Positions 14,147 through 30,100 of a stretch of 64,000 nucleotides of DNA are shown here, piece by piece (within the stretch, counting starts at the first letter, position 1; each line of letters begins with the position of its first letter). Origin of the DNA: the human T2T-CHM13v2.0 reference genome, Homo sapiens; NCBI RefSeq assembly GCF_009914755.1, contig NC_060937.1; one strand, given 5' to 3'. The position numbers and the translations under genes were made by a program. The notes beneath the pieces were generated by a model. The model had not been told where the DNA came from. It did no database searches and saw only the letters and a program-made list of their open reading frames with translations.

Positions 14147-15729
14147 AATATATACTATATACTGTACATAAAATATGAAGGTACATCAAATATATATTAT
14201 ATCCTGTACATAAAATATCAAAGTACACCTATTATATATTGTGTACTGTACATAATATATTAAATCGCCCAAATATATATTGTATACTGTATATAAAATA
14301 TGAAGGTACTTCAAATATATATTATATGCTGCACATAAAATATCAAAGTACCCAAAGTATGCATTACATACTGTACATAAAATATCAAAGTACACATATT
14401 ATCTATTATATAATGTACATAAAATATGAAGGTTCATCAAATATATATTATATTCTGTACATAATATATCAAAGTACATCAAATATATATTATATACTGT
14501 ACATAAAATATCAAAGTACCAAAAATATGTATTATATACTGTACATAAAACATGAAAGTAACCAAACATTTATAATAAACTGTACATAAAATATCAAAGT
14601 ACTCAATCTACATATTATATACAGTATATAAAATATCAAAGTACACAAACTGTATATTATATACGGTACATAATATATCAAAGTACCCAGAATATATAGC
14701 ATACTGTAAATAAAATATCAAAGTACCCAAAATATATATTGTATACTGTACATAAAATATGAAGGTACATCAAAGATATATTATATTCTGTACATAAAAT
14801 ATCAAACTACACCAAATATATATTATATGCTGTACATAATATATTAAAGTTGCCCATATATACATTATATACTGTACATAAAATATGAACGTACATCAAA
14901 TATATAGTATATGCTGCACATAAAATATCAAAGTACCCAAAATATATACTATATACTGTACATAAAATATGAAGGTACATCAAATATATATTATATCCTG
15001 TACATAAAATATCAAAGTACACCTATTATATATTGTGTACTGCACATAATATATTAAATCGCCCAAATATATATTGTATACTGTATATAAAATATGAAGG
15101 TACTTCAAATATATATTATATGCTGCACATAAAATATCAAAGTACCCAAAGTATGCATTACATACTGTACATAAAATATCAAATTACAAAAATTATATAT
15201 TATATTCTGTACATAAAATATGTAGGTTCTTCAAATATATTTTATATTCTGTACATAATATATCAAAGTACATCAAATATATATTATATACGGTACATAA
15301 AATATCAAAGTACCCAAAATATGTATTAATTACTGTGCATAAAATATGAAAGTAACCAAACATTTATAATAAACTGTACATAAAATATCAAACTACTCAA
15401 TCTACATATTATATACAGTATATAAAATATCAAAGTACACAAACTGTATATTATATACTGTACATAATATATCAAAGTACCCAGAATATATAGCATACTG
15501 TACATACAATATCAAAGTACCCAGAATGTATATTGTATTCTGTACATAAAATATGAATGTACATCAAAGATATATTCTGTACATAAAATATCAAAGTACA
15601 CCAAATATATATTATATGCTGTACATAATATATTAAAGTTGCCCATGCATACATTTTATACTGTACATAAAATATGAAGGTACATCAAATATATAGTATA
15701 TGCTGCACATAAAATATCAAAGTACCCAA
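14147..15729 (+). repeat. Tandem duplication of 794 bp (19 monomers), junction near 14941
   Basis: The landmark recurs at 14239 and 15033; after tagtatatgctgcacataaaatatcaaagtacccaaa the sequence returns to atatatactatatac..atcctg..cctatt. Confidence 0.86.
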
Positions 15730-17791
15730 AGTATGTATTATATACTGTACATAAAATATCAAAGTACCAAAAGTATATATTACCTACTGGAAATAAAATA
15801 TGAAGATACCTCAAATATATATTATATTCTGTACATGAAATATCAAAGTACACCAAGTATATACTATATACTCTACATAAAATATTAAATTACCCAAAAT
15901 ATGTATTGTATTGTGTACATAAAATATGAAAGTAACCAAACATTTATAATAAACTGTACATAAAATATCAAAGTACTCAAACTTTATATTATATACTGTA
16001 CATAAAGTATCAAAGTACCCAAACTGTGTAGTATATACTGTACATAAAATATCAAGGTACCCAAAATGTATATTGTAAACTGTAGATAAAATATCAAAGT
16101 ACCCAAAATATATATTATATACTGTACATAAAATATGAAGGCTCATCCAATATATATTATATTCTGTACATAAAATATCAAAGTACACCAAATGTATATT
16201 ATATACTGTACATAAAATATAAAACTACGCCAAATATATCTTATATACTCTACATAAAATATCAAAGTACCCAAAATATATATTATATACTGTACATAAA
16301 ATATCAAAGTACCCATAGTATGTATTATATCCTGTACATAAAATATGAAGGTACATCAAATATATATTCTATTCTGCACATAAAATATCATATTGCACCA
16401 AATATATATTGTATACTGTATATAAAATATGAAGGTACTTCAAATATATATTATATGCTGCACATAAAATATCAAAGTACCCAAAGTATGCATTATATAC
16501 TGTACATAAAATATCAAAGTACCCAAAGTGTATATTATATACTGTACATAAAATATGAAGGTTCATCAAATATATTTTATATTCTGCACATAATATATCA
16601 AAGTACAGCAAATATATATTATATACTGTACATAAAATATCAAAGTACCCAAAATATGTATTATATACTGTACATAAAATATGAAAGTAACCAAACATTT
16701 ATAATAAACTGTACATAAAATATCAAAGTACTCAAACTACATATTATATACAGTATATAAAATGTCAAAGTACCCAAACTGTATATTATATACTGTACAT
16801 AATATATCAAAGTACCCAAATATATAGCATACTGTACATAAAATATCAAAGTACCCAAAGTGTGTATTATACACTGCACATAAAATATGAAGGTACATCA
16901 AAGATATATTATATTCTGTACATAAAATATCAAAGTACACCAAATATATATTATATGCTGTACAGAATATATTAAAGTCGACCAAATATATATTATATAC
17001 TGTACATAAAATATGAAGGTACATCAAATATATATTATATGCTGCACATAAAATATCAAAGTACCCAAAGTATGTATTATATACTGTACATAAAATATCA
17101 AAGTACCCAAAGTATATATTATATACTGTACATAAAATATAAAATACCCCAAATATATATTATATCCTGTACATAAAATATCAAAGTACCCAAAATATAT
17201 ATTGTAAACTGTACATAAAATATCAAAGTAGCCAAAATATATATTGTATACTGTCCATAAAATATAAAAGTACCCCAAATATGTATTATATACTGTACAT
17301 AAAATATCAAAGTACCGATAATACATATTATATACTGTACATAAAATATCAAAGGACCCAAAATAAACATTATATACTGTACATAAAATATCCAAATACT
17401 CAAAATATATATTACATACTGTACATAAAATATCAAAGTACCCAAATTATGTATTATATACTGTACGTAAAATATCAGAGTACCCAAAATATGCATTATA
17501 TACTGTACATAAAATATGAAAGTAACAAAACATTTATAATAAACTGTACATAAAATATCAAAGTACTCAAACTATATATCATATACTGTACATAAAATAT
17601 CAAAGTACCCAAACTGTGTATTATTATATACTGTATATAAAATATCAAAGTACCTGAAATATATATTGTATACTGTACATAAAATATCAAAGTACCCAAA
17701 ATATATACTATATACTGTACATAAAATATGAAGGTACATCAAATATATATTATATCCTGTACATAAAATATCAAAGTACACCTATTATATA

Positions 17792-20700
17792 TTGTGTACT
17801 GTACATAATATATTAAATCGCCCAAATATATATTGTATAGTGTATATAAAATATGAAGGTACTTCAAATATATATTATATGCTGCACATAAAATATCAAA
17901 GTACCCAAGGTATGCATTACATACTGTACATAAAATATCAAAGTACACATATTATCTATTATATAATGTACAGAAAATATGAAGGTTCATCAAATATATA
18001 TTATATTCTGTACATAATATATCAAAGTACATCAAATATATATTATATACTGTACATAAAATATCAAAGTACCAAAAATATGTATTATATACTGTACATA
18101 AAATATGAAAGTAACCAAACATTTATAATAAACTGTACATGAAATATCAAAGTACTCAGTCTACATATTATATACAGTATATAAAATATCAAAGTACACA
18201 CACTGTATATTATATACTGTACATAATATATCAAAATACCCAGAATATATAGCATACTGTACATACAATATCAAAGTACCCAAAATATATATTGTATACT
18301 GTACATAAAATATGAAGGTACATCAAAGATATATTATATTCTGTACATAAAATATCAAACTACACCAAATATATATTATATGCTGTACATAATATATTAA
18401 AGTTGCCCATATATACATTATATACTGTACATAAAATATGAACGTACATCAAATATATAGTATATGCTGCACATAAAATATCAAAGTACCCAAAGTATGT
18501 ATTATACACTGTACATAAAATATCAAAGTACCAAAAGTATATATTACATACTGTAAATAAAATATGAAGGTACCTCAAATATATATTATATTCTGTACAT
18601 AAAACATCAAAGTACACCAAGTATATACTATATACTCTGCATAAAATATTAAATTACCCAAAATATGTATTGCATTGTGTACATAAAATATGCAAGTAAC
18701 CAAACATTTATAATAAACTGTACATAAAATTTCAAAGTACTCAAACTGTATATTATATACTGTACATAAAGTATCAAAGTACCCAAACTGTGTAGTATAT
18801 ACTGTACATAAAATATCAAGGTACCCAAAATATATATTGTAAACTGTAGATAAAATATCAAAGTACCCAAAATATATATTATATACTGTACATAAAATAC
18901 GAAGGCACATCCAATATATACTATATTCTGTACATAAAATATCAAAGTACACCAAATGTATATTATATACTGTACAAAAAATATCAAAGTACCCAAAGTG
19001 TATATTATATACTGTACATAAAATATGAAGGTTCATCAAATATATTTTATATTCTGCACATAATATATCAAAGTACAGCAAATATATATTATATACTGTA
19101 CATAAAATATCAAAGTACCCAAAATATGTATTATATACTGTACATAAAATATGAAAGTAACCAAACATTTATAATAAACTGTACATAAAGTATCAAAGTA
19201 CTCAAACTACATATTATATACAGTATATAAAATGTCAAAGTACCCAAACTGTATATTATATACTGTACATAATATATCAAAGTACCCGAATATATAGCAT
19301 ACTGTACATAAAATATCAAGGTACCCAAAGTGTGTATTATACACTGCACATAAAATATGAAGGTACATAAAATATATATTGTATTCTGTACATAAAATAT
19401 CAAAGTACTCCAAATATATATTATATGCTGTACATAATATATTATAGTCGCCCAAATATATATTGTATACTGTACATAAAATATGAAGGTACATCAAATA
19501 TATATTATATGCTGCACATAAAATATCAAAGTACCCAAAGTATGTGTTATATACTGTACATAAAATATCAAAGTACCCAATGTATATATTATATACTGTA
19601 CATAAAATATAAAATACCCCAAATATATATTATATGCTATACATAAAATATCAAAGTACACAAAATATGTATTATATACTGTACATAAAATACCAAAGGA
19701 CCCAAAATATATATTATATACTGTACATAAAATATCAAAATACCCAAAATATATATTATATACTGTACATAAAATACCAAAGTACCCAAAGTATATATTA
19801 TATACCGTACAAAAAATATCAAAGTAGCCAAAATATGTATTATACACTGTACATAATATATGAAAGTACCCAAACATTTATAATAAACTGTACATAAAAT
19901 ATCAATGTACTCAAACTATATATTATCTGCGGTACATAAGATATCAAAGTACCCATACTATATAGTATATACTGTACTTAAAATATCAAAATACCCAAAA
20001 TATATATTATATACGTTACATAAACTATCAAATACACAAAGTATGTATTATATACTGTACATAAAATAGAAAAGTTCCCAAAATATGTATTATATATATT
20101 ATAAATATGTACATAAAATATGAAAGTACCCAACCATTTATAATAAACTCTACATAAAACACCAAAGTACCCAAACTGTGTATTATATACTGTCCATAAA
20201 ATATCAAAGTACCCAAAATATGTATTGTAAACTCTACATAAAATATCAAAGTAGCCAAAATACATATTGTATACTGTACATAAAATATAAAAGTACCCCA
20301 AATATATATTATATACTGTACATAAAATATCAAAGTACCCATAATACATATTATATACTGTACATAAAATATCAAAGGACCCAAAATAAACATTATATAC
20401 TGTACATAAAATATCCAAATACTCAAAATATATATTACATACTGTACATAAAATATCAAAGTACCCAAATTATGTACTATATACTGTACGTAAAATATCA
20501 GAGTACCCAAAATATGCATTATATACTGTACATAAAATATGAAAGTAACAAAACATTTATAATAAACTGTACATAAAATATCAAAGTACTCAAACTATAT
20601 ATCATATACTGTACATAAAATATCAAAGTACCCAAACTGTGTATTATTATATACTGTATATAAAATATCAAAGTACCTGAAATATATATTGTATACTGTA

Positions 20701-23700
20701 CATAAAATATCAAAGTACCCAAAATATATACTATATACTGTACATAAAATATGAAGGTACATCAAATATATATTATATCCTGTACATAAAATAACAAAGT
20801 ACACCTATTATATATTGTGTACTGTACATAATATATTAAATCGCCCAAATATATATTGTATACTGTATATAAAATATGAAGGTACTTCAAATATATATTA
20901 TATGCTGCACATAAAATATCAAAGTACCCAAGGTATGCATTACATACTGTACATAAAATATCAAAGTACACAAATTATATATTATATACTGTACATAAAA
21001 TATGTAGGTTCATCAAATATATTTTATATTCTGTACATAATATATCAAAGTACATCAAATATATATTATATACGGTACATAAAATATCAAATTACCCAAA
21101 ATATATATTATTTACTGTACATAAAATATGAAAGTAACCAAACATTTATAATAAACTGTACATAAATTATCAAAGTACTCAATCTACATATTATATACAG
21201 TATATAAAATATCAAAGTACACAAACTGTATATTATATACTGTACATAATATGTCAAAGTACCCAGAATATATAGCATACTGTACATACAATATCAAAGT
21301 ACCCAGAATGTATATTGTATACTGTACATAAAATATGAAGGTACATCAAAGATATATTATATTCTGTACATAAAATATCAAAGTACACCAAATATATATT
21401 ATATGCTGTACATAATATATTAAAGTTGCCCATGTATACATTTTATACTGTACATAAAATATGAAGGTACATCAAATATATAGTATATGCTGCACATAAA
21501 ATATCAAAGTACCCAAAGTATGTATTATATACTGTACATAAAATATCAAAGTACCAAAAGTATATATTACCTACTGTAAATAAAATGTGAAGATACCTCA
21601 AATATATATTATATTCTGTACATGAAATATCAAAGTACACCAAGTATATACTATATACTCTACATAAAATATTAAATTACCCAAAATATGTATTGTATTG
21701 TGTACATAAAATATGAAAATAACCAAACATTTATAATAAACTGTACATAAAATATCAAAGTACTCAAACTTTATATTATATACTGTACATAAAGTATCAA
21801 AGTACCCAAACTGTGTAGTATATACTGTACATAAAATATCAAGGTACCCAAAATGTATATTGTAAACTGTAGATAAAATATCAAAGTACCCAAAATATAT
21901 ATTATATACTGTACATAAAATATGAAGGCACATCCAATATATATTATATTCTGTACATAAAATATCAAAGTACACCAAATGTATATTATATACTGTACAT
22001 AAAATATAAAACTACCCCAAATATATATTATATACTCTACATAAAATATCAAAGTACCCAAAATATATATTATATACTGTACATAATATATCAAAGTACC
22101 CATAGTATGTATTATATCCTGTACATAAAATATGAAAGTACGTCAAATATATATTCTATTCTGCACATAAAATATCATATTGCACCAAATATATATTGTA
22201 TACTGTATATAAAATATGAAGGTACTTCAAATATATATTATATGCTGCAAATAAAATATCAAAGTACCCAAAGTATGCATTATATACTGTACATAAAATA
22301 TCAAAGTACCCAAAGTGTATATTATATACTGTACATAAAATATGAAGGTTCATCAAATATATTTTATATTCTGCACATAATATATCAAAGTACAGCAAAT
22401 ATATATTATATACTGTACATAAAATAACAAAGTAACAAAAATATGTATTATATACTGTACATAAAATATGAAAGTAACCAAATATTTATAATAAACTGTA
22501 TATAAAATATCAAAGTACTCAAACTACATATTATATACAGTATATAAAATATCAAAGTACCCAAACTATATATTATATACTGTACATACTATATCAAAGT
22601 ACCCGAATATAGAGCATACTGTACATAAAATATCAAATTACCCAAAATATATATTGTATACTGTACATAAAATATGAAGGTACATCAAAGATATATTATA
22701 TTCTGTACATAAAATATCAAAGTACACCAAATATATATTATATGCTGTACAGAATATATTAAAGTCGACCAAATGTATATTATATAGTGTACATAAAATA
22801 TGAAGGTACATCAAATATATATTATATGCTGCACATAAAATATCAAAGTACCCAAAGTATGTATTATATACTGTACATAAAATATCAAAGTACCCAAAGT
22901 ATATATTATATACTGTACATAAAATATAAAATACCCCAAATATATATTATATGCTGTACATAAAATATCAAAGTACACAAAATATGCATTATGTACTGTA
23001 CATAAATTATCAAAGGACCCAAAATATATATTATATAGTGTACATAAAATATCAAAATACCCAAAATATATATTATATACTGTACATAAAATACCAAAGT
23101 ACCCAAAGTATATATTATATACTGTATAAAAAATATCAAAGTAGCCAAAATATGTATTATACACTGTACATAATATATGAAAGTACCCAAACATTTATAA
23201 TAAACTGTACATAAAATATCAATGTACTCAAATTATATATTATGTGCGGTACTTAAGATATCAAAGTACCCATACTATATAGTATGTACTGTACTTAAAA
23301 TATCAAAATACCCAAAATATATATTATATACGTTACATAAACTATCAAATACACAAAGTATGTATTACATACTGTACATAAAATAGCAAAGTTCCCAAAA
23401 TATGTATTATATACTGTACATAAAATATGAAAGTAACCAACCATTTATAATAAACTCTACATAAAATACCAAAGTACCCAAACTGTGTATTATATACTCT
23501 CCATAAAATAGCAAAGTACCCAAAATATATATTGTCAACTGTACATAAAATATCAAAGTAGCCAAAATATATATAGTATACCGTACATAAAATATAAAAG
23601 TACCCCAAATATGTATTATATACTGTACATAAAATATCAAAGTACCGATAATACATATTATATAGTGTACATAAAATATCAGAGGACCCAAAATAAACAT

Positions 23701-24121
23701 TATATACTGTACATAAAATATCCAAATACTCAAAATATATATTACATACTGTACATAAAATATCAAAGTACCCAAATTATGTATTATATACTGTACATAA
23801 AATATCAGAGTACCCAAAATATGCATTATATACTGTACATAAAATATGAAAGTAACAAAACATTTATAATAAACTGTACATAAAATATCAAAGTACTCAA
23901 ACTATATATCATATACTGTACATAAAATATCAAAGTACCCAAACTGTGTATTATTATATACTGTATATAAAATATCAAAGTACCTGAAATATATACTGTA
24001 TACTGTACATAAAATATCAAAGTACCCAAAATATATACTATATACTGTACATAAAATATGAAGGTACATCAAATATATATTATATCCTGTACATAAAATA
24101 TCAAAGTACACCTATTATATA
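17792..24121 (+). repeat. Single intact 6330-bp dimeric HOR (3023+3307)
   Basis: Landmarks at 17792, 20815, 24122; contains the 10-bp insertion (20097) and the 294-bp block (22008). Confidence 0.88.
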
Positions 24122-27100
24122 TTGTGTACTGTACATAATATATTAAATCGCCCAAATATATATTGTATACTGTATATAAAATATGAAGGTACTTCAAATA
24201 TATATTATATGCTGCACATAAAATATCAAAGTACCCAAAGTATGCATTACATACTGTACATAAAATATCAAAGTACACATATTATCTATTATATAATGTA
24301 CATAAAATATGAAGGTTCATCAAATATATATTATATTCTGTACATAATATATCAAAGTACATCAAATATATATTATATACTGTACATAAAATATCAAAGT
24401 ACCAAAAATATGTATTATATACTGTACATAAAATATGAAAGTAACCAAACATTTATAATATACTGTACATAAAATATCAAAGTACTCAGTCTACATATTA
24501 CATACAGTATATAAAATATCAAAGTACACACACTGTATATTATATACTGTACATAATATATCAAAGTACCCAGAATATATAACATACTGTACATAAAATA
24601 TCAAAGTACCCAAAATATATATGGTATACTGTACATAAAATATGAAGGTACATCAAAGATATATTATATTCTGTACATAAAATATCAAACTATACCAAAT
24701 ATATATTATATGCTGTACATAATATATTAAAGTTGCCCAAATACACATTCTATACTGTACATAAAATATGAACGTACATCAAATATATAGTATATGCTGC
24801 ACATAAAATATCAAAGTACCCAAAGTATGTATTATACACTGTACATAAAATATCAAAGTACCAAAAGTATATATTACATACTGTAAATAAAATATGAAGG
24901 TACCTCAAATATATATTATATTCTGTACATAAAATATCAAAGTCCACCAAGTATATACTATATACTCTGCATAAAATATTAAATTACCCAAAATATGTAT
25001 TGCATTGTGTACATAAAATATGAAAGTAACCAAACATTTATAATAAACTGTACATAAAATATCAAAGTACTCAAACTGTATATTATATACTGTACATAAA
25101 GTATCAAAGTACCCAAACTGTGTAGTATATACTGTACATAAAATATCAAGGTACCCAAAATATATATTGTAAACTGTAGATTAAATATCAAAGTACCCAA
25201 AATATATATTATATACTGTACATAAAATATGAAGGCACATCCAATATATACTATATTCTGTACATAAAATATCAAAGTACACCAAATGTATATTATATAC
25301 TGTACATAAAATATCAAAGTACCCAAAGTGTATATTATATACTGTACATAAAATATGAAGGTTCATCAAATATATTTTATATTCTGCACATAATATATCA
25401 AAGTACAGCAAATATATATTATATACTGTACATAAAATATCAAAGTACCCAAAATATGTATTATATACTGTACATAAAATATGAAAGTAACCAAACATTT
25501 ATAATAAACTTTACATAAAGTATCAAAGTACTCAAACTACATATTATATACAGTATATAAAATATCAAAGTACCCCAACTGTATATTATATACTGTACAT
25601 AATATATAAAGGTACCCAAATATATAGCATACTGTACATAAAATATCAAAGTACCCAAAATATATATTATATACTGTACATAAAATATCAAAATACCCAA
25701 AATATATATTATATACTGTACATAAATTACCAAAGTACCCAAAGTATATATTATGTAACGTACAAAAAATATCAAAGTAGCCAAAATATGTATTATACAC
25801 TGTACTTAATATATGAAAGTACCCAAACATTTATAATAAACTGTAAATAAAATATCAATGTACTCAAACTATATATTATGTGCGGTACATAAGATATCAA
25901 AGTACCCATGCTATATAGTATATACTGTACTTAAAATATCAAAATACCCAAAATATATATTATATACGTTACATAAACTATCAAATACACAAAGTATGTA
26001 TTATATACTGTACATAAAATAGCAAAGTTCCCAAAATATGTATTATATACTGTACATAAAATATGAAAGTACCCAACCATTTATAATAAAGTCTACATAA
26101 AATACCAAAGTACCCAAACTGTGTATTATATACTGTCCATAAAATATCAAAGGACCCAAAATATATATTGTAAACTCTACATAAAATATCAAAGTAGCCA
26201 AAATACATATTGTATACTGTACATAAAATATAAAAGTACCCCAAATATATATTATATACTGTACATAAAATATCAAAGTACCCATAATACATATTATATA
26301 CTGTACATAAAATATCAAAGGACCCAAAATAAACATTATATACTGTACATAAAATATCCAAATACTCAAAATATATATTACATACTGTACATAAAATATC
26401 AAAGTACCCAAATTATGTATTATATACTGTATATAAAATATCAGAGTACCCAAAATATGCATTATATACTGTACATAAAATATGAAGGTACATCAAATAT
26501 ATAGTATATGCTGCACATAAAATATCAAAGTACCCAAAGTATGTATTATATACTGTACATAAAATATCAAAGTACCAAAAGTATATATTACCTACTGTAA
26601 ATAAAATATGAAGATACCTCAAATATATATTATATTCTGTACATAAAATATCAAAGTGCACCAAGTATATACTATATACTCTACATAAAATATTAAATTA
26701 CCCAAAATATGTATTGTATTGTGTACATAAAATATGAAAGTAACCAAACATTTATAATAAACTGTACATAAAATATCAAAGTACTCAAACTTTATATTAT
26801 ATACTGTACATAAAGTATCAAAGTACCCAAACTGTGTAGTATATACTGTACATGAAATATCAAGGTACCCAAAATGTATATTGTAAACTGTAGATAAAAT
26901 ATCAAAGTACCCAAAATATATATTATATACTGTACATAAAATATGAAGGCACATCCAATATATATTATATTCTGTACATAAAATATCAAAGTACACCAAA
27001 TGTATATTATATACTGTACATAAAATATAAAACTACCCCAAATATATCTTATATACTCTACATAAAATATCAAAGTACCCAAAATATATATTATATACTG

Positions 27101-30100
27101 TACATAAAATATCAAAGTACCCATAGTATGTATTATATCCTGTACATAAAATATGAAGGTACATCAAATATATATTCTATTCTGCACATAAAATATCATA
27201 TTGCACCAAATATATATTGTATACTGTATATAAAATATGAAGGTACTTCAAATATATATTATATGCTGCACATAAAATATCAAAGTACCCAAAGTATGCA
27301 TTATATACTGTACATAAAATATCAAAGTACCCAAAGTGTATATTATATACTGTACATAAATTATGAAGGTTCATCAAATATATTTTATATTCTGCACATA
27401 ATATATCAAATTACAGCAAATATATATTATATATTGTACATAAAATAACAAAGTACCAAAAATATGTATTATATACTGTACATAAAATATGAAAGTAACC
27501 AAATATTTATAATAAACTGTATATAAAATATCAAAGTACTCAAACTACATATTATATACAGTATATAAAATATCAAAGTACCCAAACTATATATTATATA
27601 CTGTACATACTATATCAAAGTACCCAAATATATAGCATACTGTCCATAAAATATCAAAGTACCCAAAATATATATTGTATACTGTACATAAAATATGAAG
27701 GTACATCAAAGATATATTATATCCTGTACATAAAATATCAAAGTACACCAAATATATATTATATGCTGTACATAATATATTAAAGTCGACCAAATATATA
27801 TTATATACTGTACATAAAATATGAAGGTACCTCAACTATATATTATATGCTGCACATAAATTATCAAAGTACCCAAAGTATGTATTATATACTGTACATA
27901 AAATATCAAAGTACCCAAAGTATATATTATATACTGTACATAAAATATAAAATCCCCCCAATATATATTATATGCTGTATATAAAATATCAAAGTACACA
28001 AAATATGTATTATGTACTGTACATACAATATAAAGGACCCAAAATATATACTATATACTGTACATAAAATATCAAAATACCCAAAATATATATTATATAC
28101 TGTACATAAAATACCAAAGTACCCAAAGTATATATTATATACCGTACAAAAAATATCAAAGTAGCCAAAATATGTATTATACACTGTACATAATATATGA
28201 AAGTACCCAAACATTTATAATAAACTGTACATAAAATATCAATGTACTCAAACTATGTATTATGTGCGGTACATAACATATCAAAGTATCCATACTATAT
28301 AGTATGTACTGCACTTAAAATATCAAAATACCCAAAATATATATTATATACGTTACATAAACTATCAAATACACAAAGTATGTATTATATACTGTACATA
28401 AAATAGCAAAGTTCCCAAAATATGTATTATATACTGTACATAAAATATGAAAGTACCCAACCATTTATAATAAACTCTACATAAAATACCAAAGTACCCA
28501 AACTGTGTATTATATACTGTCCATAAAATATCAAAGTACCCAAAATATATATTGTAAACTCTACATAAAATATCAAAGTAGCCAAAATACATATTTTATA
28601 CTGTACATAAAATATGAAAGTACCCCAAATATGTATTATATACTGTACATAAAATATCAAAGTACCCATAATACATATTATATACTGTACATAAAATATC
28701 AAAGGACCCAAAATAAACATTATATACTGTACATAAAATATCCAAATACTCAAAATATATATTACGTACTGTACATAAAATATCAAAGTACCCAAATTAT
28801 GTATTATATACTGTACGTAAAATATCAGAGTACCCAAAATATGCATTATATACTGTACATAAAATATGAAAGTAACAATACATTTATAATAAACTGTACA
28901 AAAAATATCAAAGTACTCAAACTATATATCATATACTGTACATAAAATATCAAAGTACCCAAACTGTGTATTATTATATACTGTATATAAAATATCAAAT
29001 ACCTGAAATATATATTGTATACTGTACATAAAATATCAAAGTACCCAAAATATATACTATATACTGTACATAAAATATGAAGGTACATCAAATATATATT
29101 ATATCCTGTACATAAAATATCAAAGTACACCTATTATATATTGTGTACTGTACATAATATATTAAATCGCCCAAATATATATTGTATACTGTATATAAAA
29201 TATGAAGGTACTTCAAATATATATTATATGCTGCACATAAAATATCAAAGTACCCAAAGTATGCATTACATACTGTACATAAAATATCAAAGTACACATA
29301 TTATATATTATATAATGTACATAAAATATGAAGGTTCATCAAATATATATTATATTCTGTACATAATATATCAAAGTACATAAAATATATATTATATACG
29401 GTACATAAAATATCAAAGTACCAAAAATATGTATTATATACTGTACATAAAACATGAAAGTAACCAAACATTTCTAATAAACTGTACATTAAATATCAAA
29501 GTACTCAATGTACATAATATATACAGTATATAAAATATCAAAGTACACAAACTGTATATTATATACTGTACATAATATATCAAAGTACCCAGAATATATA
29601 GCATACTGTACATAGAATATCAAAGTACCCAAAATATATATTGTATACTGTACATAAAATATGAAGGTACATCAAAGATATATTATATTCTGTACATAAA
29701 ATATCAAACTACACCAAATATATATTATATGCTGTACATAGTATATTAAAGTTGCCCGTATATACATTATATACTGTACATAAAATATGAACGTACATCA
29801 AATATATAGTATATGCTGCACATAAAATATCAAAGTACCCAAAGTATGTATTATACACTGTACATAAAATATCAAAGTACCAAAAGTATATATTACATAC
29901 TGTAAATAAAATATGAAGGTACCTCAAATATATATTATATTCTGTACATAAAATATCAAAGTACACCAAGTATATACTATATACTCTGCATAAAATATTA
30001 AATTACCCGAAATATGTATTGCATTGTGTACATAAAATATGAAAGTAACCAAACATTTATAATAAACTGTACATAAAATATCAAAGTACTCAAACTGTAT

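Noticed and set aside
25496-25828. The 377-bp deletion and 72 = 8x9 as proof of a 378-bp 9-mer sub-repeat
   Set aside because: Marker spacings are 14/11/17/6/10/14 monomers and other events span 7, 11, 13, 14, 16, 19 and 22 monomers. A 9-mer period cannot be shown by eye and needs autocorrelation.
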